64,000 nucleotides of DNA. It comes from Anaerolineae bacterium (GTDB lineage Bacteria > Chloroflexota > Anaerolineae > UBA1429). Of this stretch, positions 51,604 to 60,584 are shown piece after piece; position 1 is the stretch's first letter, and the number at the start of each line of letters is the position of its first letter. The DNA lies in assembly GCA_963675785.1 (NCBI GenBank), contig OY776562.1:256001-320000 (forward strand). Reading direction: 5' to 3'. A program made the translations under genes and the position numbers. Below the pieces are notes generated by a model, which saw only the letters and a program-made list of their open reading frames with translations, was not told where the DNA came from and did not search any database.

Positions 51604-53503
51604 TATGAAAAAGAACACTGTAAACAACATGCAAAAAGGCAGAGGGCCCGTTAGCTGGAAGGCGACAGGGCGCTTACTTGCTTATATCATCAGGGACTAC
51701 AAGCCCCAGTTCATCATCGTGGTGATCTGCATTCTGGCCAGCACTTTGGCGGGTGTGGCGGGCTCCCTATTTCTGCAAGTCTTGATCGATGACTATATCA
51801 CGCCACTGCTAAAGGCGGCTAACCCAATATTCTCGGGGCTGCTGCGGGCTATTGCGATCATGGCCGGGATCTATTTGGTGGGGGTTGTGACGTCACTGTT
51901 TTACAACCGCACCATGGTCACCATCTCGCAAGGCATTTTGAAGAAAATACGCGACGAGATGTTTGCCCATATGCAGGCGCTGCCCATCAAGTATTTCGAT
52001 ACGCATACCCACGGCGACGTAATGAGCCGCTATACGAATGACACCGACGCGTTGCGAATGATGATCTCGCAAAGCGTTCCGCAGGTACTAGCGGCTTTGA
52101 TAACGGTCATCTCGGTGTTCTTTGCCATGCTGTTCCTTAGCCCTTTGCTGACACTGTTGGTGGTGATTTGGGCGGGGCTGATGCTGACCATTGCCAGCAA
52201 AATCGGCGGCAATTCAGCGACCTATTTTGTCGCACAGCAGAGCTCGATTGGCGTGGTCAATGGCTATATCGAGGAGATGATCAACGGGCAAAAAGTTGTC
52301 AAGGTATTCTGCCACGAGGATGAGGCCAAAGAGGGATTCAATGTGCGCAACGAACAGTTGTGCGAAAACTCTACTCAGGCCAATAAGTTCGCCAACATCC
52401 TGATGCCTATTATGGGCAACATGGGGCACTTGTTGTACGTACTCGTTGCCATTGCCGGCGGCGCCCTGGCGATCGAGGGGATTGGTGGATTGACGTTGGG
52501 CGCCATTGCCTCGTTCTTGACGCTGGCACAGAACTTTACGCGGCCCATCAGCCAGATTTCACAGCAGGTGAACTCGATTGTGATGGCGTTGGCGGGCGCA
52601 GAGCGCATCTTTAACCTGATGGATGAACAATCAGAGCAGGACGATGGCTATGTGACGCTGGTGAACGCCAAGCGCGAGGGCGACGAACTGGTGGAGAGTG
52701 TAGAAATGACCGGCCTGTGGGCCTGGAAACACCCGCACAAGGCCGACGGCACGGTGACCTATACCGAGTTGGCTGGCGACGTACGCCTTTTCGATGTGGA
52801 TTTCAGCTACGAGCCCAACAAGCCGGTACTGAAGGATATCTCGCTCTATGCCAAGCCGGGGCAAAAGATCGCCTTTGTGGGGGCTACGGGCGCGGGCAAG
52901 ACGACTATCACCAACCTCATCAACCGCTTTTACGACATCGAGGATGGCAAGATTCGCTACGACGGCATCAATATCAACAAGATCAAAAAAGATGACTTGC
53001 GCCGCTCGCTGGCCATGGTGCTGCAGGATACCAACTTGTTCAGCGGCACGGTGATGGAGAACATCCGCTACGGACGGCTGGATGCGACCGACGATGAGGT
53101 GATCCACGCGGCGCAGTTGGCCAATGCCCATGATTTCATCATGCGGCTGCCCAATGGCTACCAGACGATGCTTTCGGGCGACGGCAGCCAGCTCTCGCAG
53201 GGGCAGCGGCAGTTGCTCTCCATTGCGCGGGCGGCGGTGGCCGATCCGCCGGTGATGATTTTGGACGAGGCCACCTCCAGCATTGATACGCGTACCGAGG
53301 CGCTGGTGCAGCAGGGCATGGACAGCCTGATGGAGGGTCGCACGGTGTTCGTCATCGCCCACCGGCTCTCCACCGTGCAAAACTCTCAGGCCATTATGGT
53401 GCTGGACCACGGGCGCATCATCGAGCGCGGCGACCACGAGTCGCTGATTGCCCAAAAGGGCGAGTACTATCAGCTCTATACGGGTGCTTTAGAGTTAGAA
53501 TAG
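51590..53503 (+). CDS. Heterodimeric ABC exporter subunit B (TMD+NBD)
   Basis: GATGAGKT, LSQGQRQL, ILDEATS, IAHRLST. Confidence 0.93.
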   Translation: MGRHDMKKNTVNNMQKGRGPVSWKATGRLLAYIIRDYKPQFIIVVICILASTLAGVAGSLFLQVLIDDYITPLLKAANPIFSGLLRAIAIMAGIYLVGVVTSLFYNRTMVTISQGILKKIRDEMFAHMQALPIKYFDTHTHGDVMSRYTNDTDALRMMISQSVPQVLAALITVISVFFAMLFLSPLLTLLVVIWAGLMLTIASKIGGNSATYFVAQQSSIGVVNGYIEEMINGQKVVKVFCHEDEAKEGFNVRNEQLCENSTQANKFANILMPIMGNMGHLLYVLVAIAGGALAIEGIGGLTLGAIASFLTLAQNFTRPISQISQQVNSIVMALAGAERIFNLMDEQSEQDDGYVTLVNAKREGDELVESVEMTGLWAWKHPHKADGTVTYTELAGDVRLFDVDFSYEPNKPVLKDISLYAKPGQKIAFVGATGAGKTTITNLINRFYDIEDGKIRYDGININKIKKDDLRRSLAMVLQDTNLFSGTVMENIRYGRLDATDDEVIHAAQLANAHDFIMRLPNGYQTMLSGDGSQLSQGQRQLLSIARAAVADPPVMILDEATSSIDTRTEALVQQGMDSLMEGRTVFVIAHRLSTVQNSQAIMVLDHGRIIERGDHESLIAQKGEYYQLYTGALELE

Positions 53504-53551
53504 GGTTTAATGCGAACGGCCTTCTTCCCGTCAGGGAAGGAGGCCGTTTTT
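53427..53551 (+). repeat. Direct repeat copy 1: last ~25 codons of the ABC gene plus terminator
   Basis: gcggcgaccacgagtcgctgattgcccaaaagggcgagtactatcagctctatac...gaatag, then hairpin aacggccttcttcccgtcagggaaggaggccgtt. Confidence 0.92.
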
Positions 53552-53560
53552 ATGTTGTTG

Positions 53561-54547
53561 CTATTGATTGACCCAAGGGTATCTGGCATCAATATAAGCC
53601 AGCCAGTCGCTCATGCCGCAGAGTTGATGAGGCGATAGATGACCAAAGAGTTGCTCAGTGCTGATGCTGATGAATCGATCTTGAGGCTGCACCAGCCGTT
53701 TCCACACATCAGTTGCCTTGTCGCCTAGATTTCTCAAATCCGGTGAAGTTACAGTGTCAAAATCTTTGTTATGCGCTGGCGAGATGTGTAACACACTGAC
53801 TTGATTAGCCCCTAATTCGTGAGCGAGTTCCATCTCATGAGCGAGGAACTGCTGGCGCATGAGTTGGTAAAACGGTTCGTAGAACTGGGATTCAAAACAG
53901 GCAAGTAAGCCTTTGTTAATAGGACAATCATTGCGTTCGAAAAGAGGCTTGTAGATGAGCGTACGGTCAGTACCACTCTTGGCGTAGTGAAGGGAATTGC
54001 TGCTGTAGGATTCTGTGTATTTCCATTCGATGAGCACAGCTTGACGCATTCCATCCGTGCGTTCAAAGAGGACAATTGCATCAGCACTGGTAAAATTGGC
54101 TCCACGGGTCCGCTTGCTGCCTTTGCGTACCCGTTCTCCTAAATAGTTCTCTGCGCCAATCCATTCAAAGGCTACATATTGTCCGTCTTCTACTGGCAGC
54201 ATTTGTTTAATTGTGGGAAAGACGCACTGTAATATCGTTCTTAGAGCTGTAGGCTCATGGGCAAAGGGGAATAGAAAATTCACACAGCAGACCTGAGAGT
54301 CGCATAAATGATTGCTGGGCTTGTAGTCTTGCCCATCATGCCATTTGATTTTATTCGCAGCAAAGTAGGCTGGCGCGCTTTGACGGATGCAGGGAAAGAG
54401 ATTCTCCTCGGCGCAGTCACGGGGTAGGCAGAATGAGCGAAGTTTGCCGCGATAGCTGCCGTCGGCTCTGGCCGCATCAGAGAAATACGGTGAACTGGCG
54501 CGAAAAGCGGTAAGGCGAACTTTTTCCTGTTCTAAAAAGATACCCAT
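53561..54547 (-). CDS. Putative PD-(D/E)XK restriction endonuclease (PGN_0703-like)
   Basis: HLCDSQVCCVNFL, TSADA...LIEWKYTE, YQLMRQQ. Confidence 0.7.
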   Translation of the reverse strand: MGIFLEQEKVRLTAFRASSPYFSDAARADGSYRGKLRSFCLPRDCAEENLFPCIRQSAPAYFAANKIKWHDGQDYKPSNHLCDSQVCCVNFLFPFAHEPTALRTILQCVFPTIKQMLPVEDGQYVAFEWIGAENYLGERVRKGSKRTRGANFTSADAIVLFERTDGMRQAVLIEWKYTESYSSNSLHYAKSGTDRTLIYKPLFERNDCPINKGLLACFESQFYEPFYQLMRQQFLAHEMELAHELGANQVSVLHISPAHNKDFDTVTSPDLRNLGDKATDVWKRLVQPQDRFISISTEQLFGHLSPHQLCGMSDWLAYIDARYPWVNQ

Positions 54548-54707
54548 TGATTCCTCCAGCCAGATTTGACTCTTATATAGTAGCTACAAGATATCGCTCT
54601 TTCTATTTAACAGTACAGAACTATTATCGTAAACTATTAATTTGTACCTATTATAGATTACGATATTTCATATACAACTAGTTATCAGCATGGTGCCGAC
54701 CACCGAG

Positions 54708-54833
54708 TGCGGCGACCACGAATCGCTGATTGCTGAAAAGGGCGAGTACTATCAGCTCTATACCGGCGCTTTGGAGCTAGAATAGGACTTGGTGCAAAGG
54801 GTCTCCTTCCCGTGAGGGGAGGAGACCCTTTTT
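54708..54833 (+). repeat. Direct repeat copy 2: diverged ABC 3' end plus terminator
   Basis: gcggcgaccacgaatcgctgattgctgaaaagggcgagtactatcagctctatac...gaatag, then hairpin aagggtctccttcccgtgaggggaggagaccctt. Confidence 0.92.
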
Positions 54834-54870
54834 GTTGTTTCATCATTTCGAAAAATTCTTCTGTTATATA

Positions 54871-54900
54871 TTGACATAAGTCTGTGTCTGGTGGTAATAT
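54871..54900 (+). promoter_or_regulatory. Putative promoter for the 55006 gene
   Basis: TTGACA-N18-TAATAT with TG upstream of the -10. Confidence 0.55.
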
Positions 54901-55005
54901 TACTTAGGTATAAAAGCCTATTAAAGTGGCTTGGATAACTAGTGGGCTGTTTTGCTCCTGTCAAATTGCCTCTAATTCTCCATCTATAGATGGTAGGAGA
55001 ATAAA

Positions 55006-56598
55006 ATGAAATTTACTTTTTATTTGTTCAATGAGAGCGTTACAGAATTCGACAAGGCTATCAGAACAGGAAAAATTGAAGGAACTGAACCTTTTCTTCT
55101 AGTAGTTCCTAATCATGAATTACCTTTTGACTGTCAAGCTTATTTTCAGCAAAACAAAGCGACACCGCCGCGATGGTATGGTTATATTTCGGGTGCATTC
55201 AAGTTTGATCAGGCGGTCATGAATCAAGCTAATTCATTTCTATTGCTCATTAGGGTTAAAAGTAGAATATTTGCAATTACAATGGGGTATGGTTTTGCAG
55301 CTATTGATCGTGATTTTCTCGAACGCGGTTTTGGACTAAAAGTAGTCCTAAATGAAATAGATCCATCCCGCATCAAAAGCATTGACACGCGAGTAATAGA
55401 TACGACCACGAAGCAGAAACGGGTGCTTCTGAATAAAGATAGTGAATTGTACGATTTCGATTTTGACATGGAAGAAGAATTGTTAAGTGTAATCTCTGGT
55501 GTGCCAAGCAATATTGATCTGGCCAATAAGTTGACAGGGGCTGATTCTTTGAGTGTTACCTGTGATGTTCCACTAGAGGATCTGGGTAAGAAGTGTGAAC
55601 AGTTACTTACGTCATTCTATAAGGAAAATTACAAAGAGTCTTTCGGATTTATTGATAATCTTAGAGTTATAAAGGTTCCGTCACTATGTGAACAACTTGA
55701 TAAATTGCTATTACAGGCAATTGAAAATCGCATTGAAACAAAGCTTATGGTGGCATATCCGGAAATTGATACTCCTTCTCGTGTTGATGAATATCGCATT
55801 TCGACGACTAGTAGACGTACGCGGTCGGCAGATGAGCTTGATGTTAAGGCAATATACAGTTTTTTGGACGAGTTCTATTCCGAAAGGCAGATTCCTGATC
55901 TGCAAAAGATAACTGTCCAAGGTTTTGATTCAGAAGGCAATGTGGTTACAGGTAAGTATAAACTGAGAGACTACTTGACTTTTGAAACAGAACTGGACGA
56001 AGGCAGATATGTTTTCACTTTGAATAGATGGTTTCAGATAGATAGCAACTATAACGATGAAGTAAGTCGTTACATGAGTAACATAGGAATTATCCCTAAC
56101 CTAGATGGTATCTACTTGCCTCCAATTGTGTCTGGCGACCCGGAAGGGGATTATAATGAAAAAGTATCAAACGATCTCGGTTATTTGCTCTTAGACAAAA
56201 AGAATTATCCGGCTGGAGGAAGAAGCAAGATCGAAATTTGTGATCTCTATACTCCAGAAGGAGATTTAATCTGTGTAAAAAAATACAACGGGTCATCTAC
56301 TTTGAGTCATCTATTCAGTCAAGGTCTAGTATCAGCAAGATGTCTGGTTGATTTGGAAAGGTATAGACAGTTTTTCCGCACCAAGATACCTGAGAATTGG
56401 GATAGTACTCGGATAAGTGAAACTGATTTTGATCCTAAAAAAGTGCGCATTGTGTTTGCAGTTGCTTGTGCAAAAAAAGGTAGTATTATCGACTCTCTAC
56501 CTTTCTTTAGCAAAGTGAATCTTCTTCATGCACTTAGAGAGATTGAAAGACTAGGTATAGCTGTTTGTTTGTGTAAAATCGAGTTTATTGATTCTTGA
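55006..56598 (+). CDS. TIGR04141/DUF6119-like sporadically distributed protein (putative nuclease-fold defence protein)
   Basis: RIFAITMGYG, ERGFGLKVVLN, EGDYN, IEICDLYT, VKKYNGSSTLSHLFSQG, PFFSKVNL; visibly AT-rich. Confidence 0.75.
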   Translation: MKFTFYLFNESVTEFDKAIRTGKIEGTEPFLLVVPNHELPFDCQAYFQQNKATPPRWYGYISGAFKFDQAVMNQANSFLLLIRVKSRIFAITMGYGFAAIDRDFLERGFGLKVVLNEIDPSRIKSIDTRVIDTTTKQKRVLLNKDSELYDFDFDMEEELLSVISGVPSNIDLANKLTGADSLSVTCDVPLEDLGKKCEQLLTSFYKENYKESFGFIDNLRVIKVPSLCEQLDKLLLQAIENRIETKLMVAYPEIDTPSRVDEYRISTTSRRTRSADELDVKAIYSFLDEFYSERQIPDLQKITVQGFDSEGNVVTGKYKLRDYLTFETELDEGRYVFTLNRWFQIDSNYNDEVSRYMSNIGIIPNLDGIYLPPIVSGDPEGDYNEKVSNDLGYLLLDKKNYPAGGRSKIEICDLYTPEGDLICVKKYNGSSTLSHLFSQGLVSARCLVDLERYRQFFRTKIPENWDSTRISETDFDPKKVRIVFAVACAKKGSIIDSLPFFSKVNLLHALREIERLGIAVCLCKIEFIDS

Positions 56599-56676
56599 TT
56601 CTTTTTATGGTTAGGCATATATCTTGAAAATTGACCCTCTCTCCTTCCTTTCCAACTGCCATCAAGATAGCACGTC

Positions 56677-56712
56677 AAGGGGCTAAAGTTTGTCGGCTTT
56701 AGCCCCTTTTTT
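56677..56712 (+). terminator. Intrinsic terminator
   Basis: AAGGGGCTAAAG...CTTTAGCCCCTTTTTT. Confidence 0.8.
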
Positions 56713-56917
56713 CTGCCCGGAATTTCGGGTGCAAGTGCAATCTCTATGAAATTGATGCAAAATGACGGTAGTCTATCAAATATCCTGTTAAGCGATATGC
56801 GAGCAGCAAGGTTCATTACGATACTTGGTGCGATTGAGGATGGGATGGTTCATTCAGAGCATTCACTAGAGCCAAGTCTTCTCAAGTTGTATTTTATTCA
56901 TCACTCTGGAGGTATCT

Positions 56918-57913
56918 TTGCAAACCAACACTCTTTTCTCTTCCCTTTCTTTCAACCTGCCCATCGAGGCCGTGCTGAGCGGTTTGGCCGAGGGCACCGT
57001 ACACCGCGGTCAGAGCGGCATAGCGGTGCGCTGTGGCCATCGGCATTACCTGGCGGGCGAGGACCCCGCTTTTGAGGCTGCCTACTGCGCCGAGTTCTTG
57101 GTGGGCCTGGGCAGCAGCATGTTCGTGCTCTGCGGCGAGGAGGCCCTGCTGCAGCGCCTGGCCCAGGGGCCGTTGGCCGAGCGTTACCCTCTGCTAGACT
57201 GGCGCGGCTATTACGCGTTGGATACGGCCGACGCGCCCCCGCCCCAACCTCTGCTCGCTGGTTATGCCCTCGTGCCGGTAGATGCGGCGCTGCTGGCGCG
57301 GCAAGAGCTGGCTGGTCTGGATGATCTGCGCGAAGAGATGGTCTCGGAGCGGGTCAGCGTGGCGGACTTTTTGGCGCGCAGCTTTGGCCTGGCCTTGCTG
57401 CATGGCGATGAGTTGGTGGGCTGGTGCCTCTCCGAATACAACACCGCCACCCGTTGCGAGGTGGGCATTGGTGTGGCGGAAGGGCACCGTCGCCAGGGAT
57501 TGGCCACTTGTATGGCCCGTACCTTTGGCCAGTTGGCTCGCCAACGGGGCATCGAGCACATCGGTTGGCATTGCTGGAGGAGCAACCAGGCTTCAGCGAA
57601 CACGGCGCTGGCTGCCGGTTACCAATCAGTTTGTGCGTATCCGGTACTGTTTGGCTATGGCGATAATACCCTCAATTTGGCGGTCAATGGCAATATGTGC
57701 CTGCGGCGCGGAGAAGCTGAGGCTGCCGTATCCTGGTTCGGGCGGGCTTTTGCGGCGGGTAACCCGGTCTGGGCATTGCTGCCTGCGACACGGGCCTGTT
57801 TGCGATCCGGCGACGCCGAGCAGGCGCGCGTTTATTTACAGCGGGCCCTGGATAGTGGGGCGGTCGACGGTAAGACACTGGCGGACGATCCCGAGTTGGC
57901 CGATCTCCTCTAA
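56918..57913 (+). CDS. GNAT acetyltransferase with a C-terminal TPR-like region
   Basis: EVGIGVAEGHRRQGLA, WHC..SNQAS..TA..AGY. TTG start after GGAGG. Confidence 0.85.
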   Translation: MQTNTLFSSLSFNLPIEAVLSGLAEGTVHRGQSGIAVRCGHRHYLAGEDPAFEAAYCAEFLVGLGSSMFVLCGEEALLQRLAQGPLAERYPLLDWRGYYALDTADAPPPQPLLAGYALVPVDAALLARQELAGLDDLREEMVSERVSVADFLARSFGLALLHGDELVGWCLSEYNTATRCEVGIGVAEGHRRQGLATCMARTFGQLARQRGIEHIGWHCWRSNQASANTALAAGYQSVCAYPVLFGYGDNTLNLAVNGNMCLRRGEAEAAVSWFGRAFAAGNPVWALLPATRACLRSGDAEQARVYLQRALDSGAVDGKTLADDPELADLL

Positions 57914-58008
57914 CCGGCTGCTACTCTCCTCAAAGACGGGCTTGCCAATCCTCAATTTCCAGCTAGCATGTGCACAGTCTGATATATGTATGAAAAGGGG
58001 GGTGGCCT

Positions 58009-59025
58009 ATGTCGAGCATAAACGAGACGACCCGGCGCGAACGCGTTTTGTGTGCACTGCATCATCAACAACCCGATGTCTGTCCCTGGCAAATCAACCC
58101 GACGGTGGATGCCTATGCTCGGGTGGCCGAGTACCTGGGCGATGAGGACTGGATTGAGGGCGTGGGCAATCACCTGGTTTCTTATGAGGATGGTTGCTTT
58201 ATCGAAGAACGTACCGGCTTTTGGCGTGACCAGTTTGGCATCCTTTGGAATCGCACCATCGACAAGGACATTGGCAACGTCGACCAGTTACTGCTGCCCG
58301 AGGCTAGCCTGCAGGGTTACGCATTCCCTCGGCCAGATTATGCGCGAAATGCTGCCCACTTGCAGTGCCTGGTGGACGAGCACCCCGATCGTTTTCGTAT
58401 AGCCAGCATTGGGTTTTCCATGTTCGAACGCGCCTGGACGTTGCGCGGCATGGAGAACCTGCTCATGGATATGGTATTGCAGCCCCAGTTCGTCGATGCC
58501 TTGCTGGATCGCATCCTCGAATATGACTTGGCGGTGCTGGAGCACATGCTCACCTACGACGTAGACTGCATCCGTTTTGGCGATGACTGGGGCCAGCAAA
58601 AGGGGCTGATCATGGGGCCCAAGCTGTGGCATCGCTTCATCAAGCCGCGTATGGCTGCGCTCTATGGGCGGGTCAAGTCGGCCGGGCTGTATGTCATGCA
58701 GCATTCTTGTGGTGATATACAGGGCCTCTTCCCCGATCTCATCGACATGGGCTTGGACATCTTTGAGACATTCCAGCCCGAGGTGATGGACGTGGATTTC
58801 TGCAAGCGAGAGTATGGCCAGCACCTCACCTTTTATGGCGGCATCAGCACTCAGCAGGTAATGCCGCGGGTTAGCCCTGTGGAGCTGTACGCCCACGTGC
58901 ACGACATGATCCGGCGCATGGGTGTGGATGGCGGCTATATTGTGGCACCCACTCATGGCGTGCCCCGCGATGTATCGCCAGAGAACATCCTGGCCTTTGT
59001 GGATGCCGTGCAGAATCAACCCTGA
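58009..59025 (+). CDS. Uroporphyrinogen decarboxylase/MtaA-like family protein
   Basis: LRGMENLLMD, GDDWG, HSCG, FYGGISTQ, GGYIVAPTH. Confidence 0.9.
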   Translation: MSSINETTRRERVLCALHHQQPDVCPWQINPTVDAYARVAEYLGDEDWIEGVGNHLVSYEDGCFIEERTGFWRDQFGILWNRTIDKDIGNVDQLLLPEASLQGYAFPRPDYARNAAHLQCLVDEHPDRFRIASIGFSMFERAWTLRGMENLLMDMVLQPQFVDALLDRILEYDLAVLEHMLTYDVDCIRFGDDWGQQKGLIMGPKLWHRFIKPRMAALYGRVKSAGLYVMQHSCGDIQGLFPDLIDMGLDIFETFQPEVMDVDFCKREYGQHLTFYGGISTQQVMPRVSPVELYAHVHDMIRRMGVDGGYIVAPTHGVPRDVSPENILAFVDAVQNQP

Positions 59026-59070
59026 GCACGGGATTATTCTACCGATAGACTTTTGCCATGAGAGGCTGCC

Positions 59071-59253
59071 ATGCTAGCGGTGTTACGCAAAGGATTCATC
59101 CTTGGCTTGTCGATAGCTGCTCCAGTGGGGCCTGTCGGCGTGCTGTGTATGCGCCGCTCCATTGCCCAAGGGTGGCGCTGGGTTCAGGGATCGTTTCTTG
59201 TTTCTAATATGCCTGGGCCCAGTTCTTTAAAGGGCGAGACAATGCAAGGCTAA
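59071..59253 (+). pseudogene. Truncated LysE-family exporter
   Basis: GFILGLSIAAPVGPVGVLCMRRSIAQGW matches the LysE N-terminus; similarity is lost after about 36 codons. Confidence 0.75.
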
Positions 59254-59287
59254 GGTGAGCTTTTCCTTATGCGAAGGCGGTGTGAGG

Positions 59288-60412
59288 ATGAGTGATGATC
59301 AATACGATTCGCTTGATGATGAACACCGATTGCTTGAGGAAGGTGTTTTTTGCATCAAGTATTCCCGTTACGTGCAGCTAACACGCCAAAACGGCTCGCC
59401 AGTCTGTGCGGAATTTGATTGCCCTGAGCACCGCAAGTGTCTATGGGGTATCGGACTGGAAAAAGCAGAGAGGATAAGGCAAGAAGATCGAATCTGGCTC
59501 TTTGTGCTCATCGGAGTAATCATCCTTGCAGTGTCTCTTGTAGTTGGTTTCAGCCCGCGCTTGATGTCCAATGAAAGACTGCTCAAACGTTTGAGCAGCG
59601 AGGATGAAGGCGTTCAGTTAAATGCTGCTGTCGAATTAGCAGATAGAGGGAATCCTATAGCACTAGAGATATTAGAGGCCTTTCTTGATTCAGATTCGTG
59701 GGAAGAGCGTCGCGATGCTGCTGAGGCGTTGGGACATCTTGGTGATAAACAGGTGACCCCCGCTCTATGTGAACTCCTCAATGACAGCAATACGGATGTT
59801 CTAGAGGCTGTGTCCACAGCACTTGCAGAACTCGAAGATGAGACAGCCTTCGAACCACTTTTGCAGGCATTGAATGAAAGCCCTCTCAAAGATCGTTGGG
59901 CGATTGCAAGCGCATATAGCCAGATTCAAGATGAAAGAGCTATACCCGCTCTCATCGATGCGCTAGGCAGTGACGATCTCGTGACACATCATCGTGAGTG
60001 TCTGCGGGATGCTCTGTCCAATCAGGGGGAAAAGGCGATTGAAGCCCTTGTCGATTCTGTTTTAGCCGGCGGCACAGGTGCTTGGGTATTGGCACAAATC
60101 GAGTTGCAGACCGATAGTGAGATCGCGCAGATGCATGAAGCGATTACGAACCGAGATCTGGAAACGTTGGCTATTATTTATCCTTTCTTTCTGTATCTCG
60201 ATCAGGATAATGACGGGGATGATATCGACGAGAGCCTTAGTGCAGCTGAGCAAGAGATTCTGGCAGAAGCGCTTCTTGCTTGTGGGGATAAAGAGATGGC
60301 AGAGTCTTTTGCCAATTTTCACAACGAAATCTTTGGGGGAGGCAAAATCTTGCAAGATGCAGCAGACGAATGGGCAGATCAGCATGGATATATTTTCATA
60401 TTGAGTGATTGA
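59288..60412 (+). CDS. Single-TM HEAT-repeat protein with a Cys-containing N-terminus
   Basis: Repeats such as RRDAAEALGHLGD and AIPALIDAL after one TM segment. Confidence 0.8.
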   Translation: MSDDQYDSLDDEHRLLEEGVFCIKYSRYVQLTRQNGSPVCAEFDCPEHRKCLWGIGLEKAERIRQEDRIWLFVLIGVIILAVSLVVGFSPRLMSNERLLKRLSSEDEGVQLNAAVELADRGNPIALEILEAFLDSDSWEERRDAAEALGHLGDKQVTPALCELLNDSNTDVLEAVSTALAELEDETAFEPLLQALNESPLKDRWAIASAYSQIQDERAIPALIDALGSDDLVTHHRECLRDALSNQGEKAIEALVDSVLAGGTGAWVLAQIELQTDSEIAQMHEAITNRDLETLAIIYPFFLYLDQDNDGDDIDESLSAAEQEILAEALLACGDKEMAESFANFHNEIFGGGKILQDAADEWADQHGYIFILSD

Positions 60413-60584
60413 TTGTCTGTCTTCAGCATGAGTGAGATGCTGTAAAAATGCAATAAGAACATCCTTGTTATTTTTTACACTTGTAGTATAAAAGCTAGAG
60501 TCTAGTCAATGTGTTGACGTTTGGCCGCTGCTGGTATAGCCTTGGTCGGACGTGCATGAATCGGGCCTAGATAGTGAGAGAGTG

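Noticed and set aside
50530-53455. Long minus-strand ORFs (344 and 274 aa)
   Set aside because: Typical antisense shadows of ABC transporter genes.
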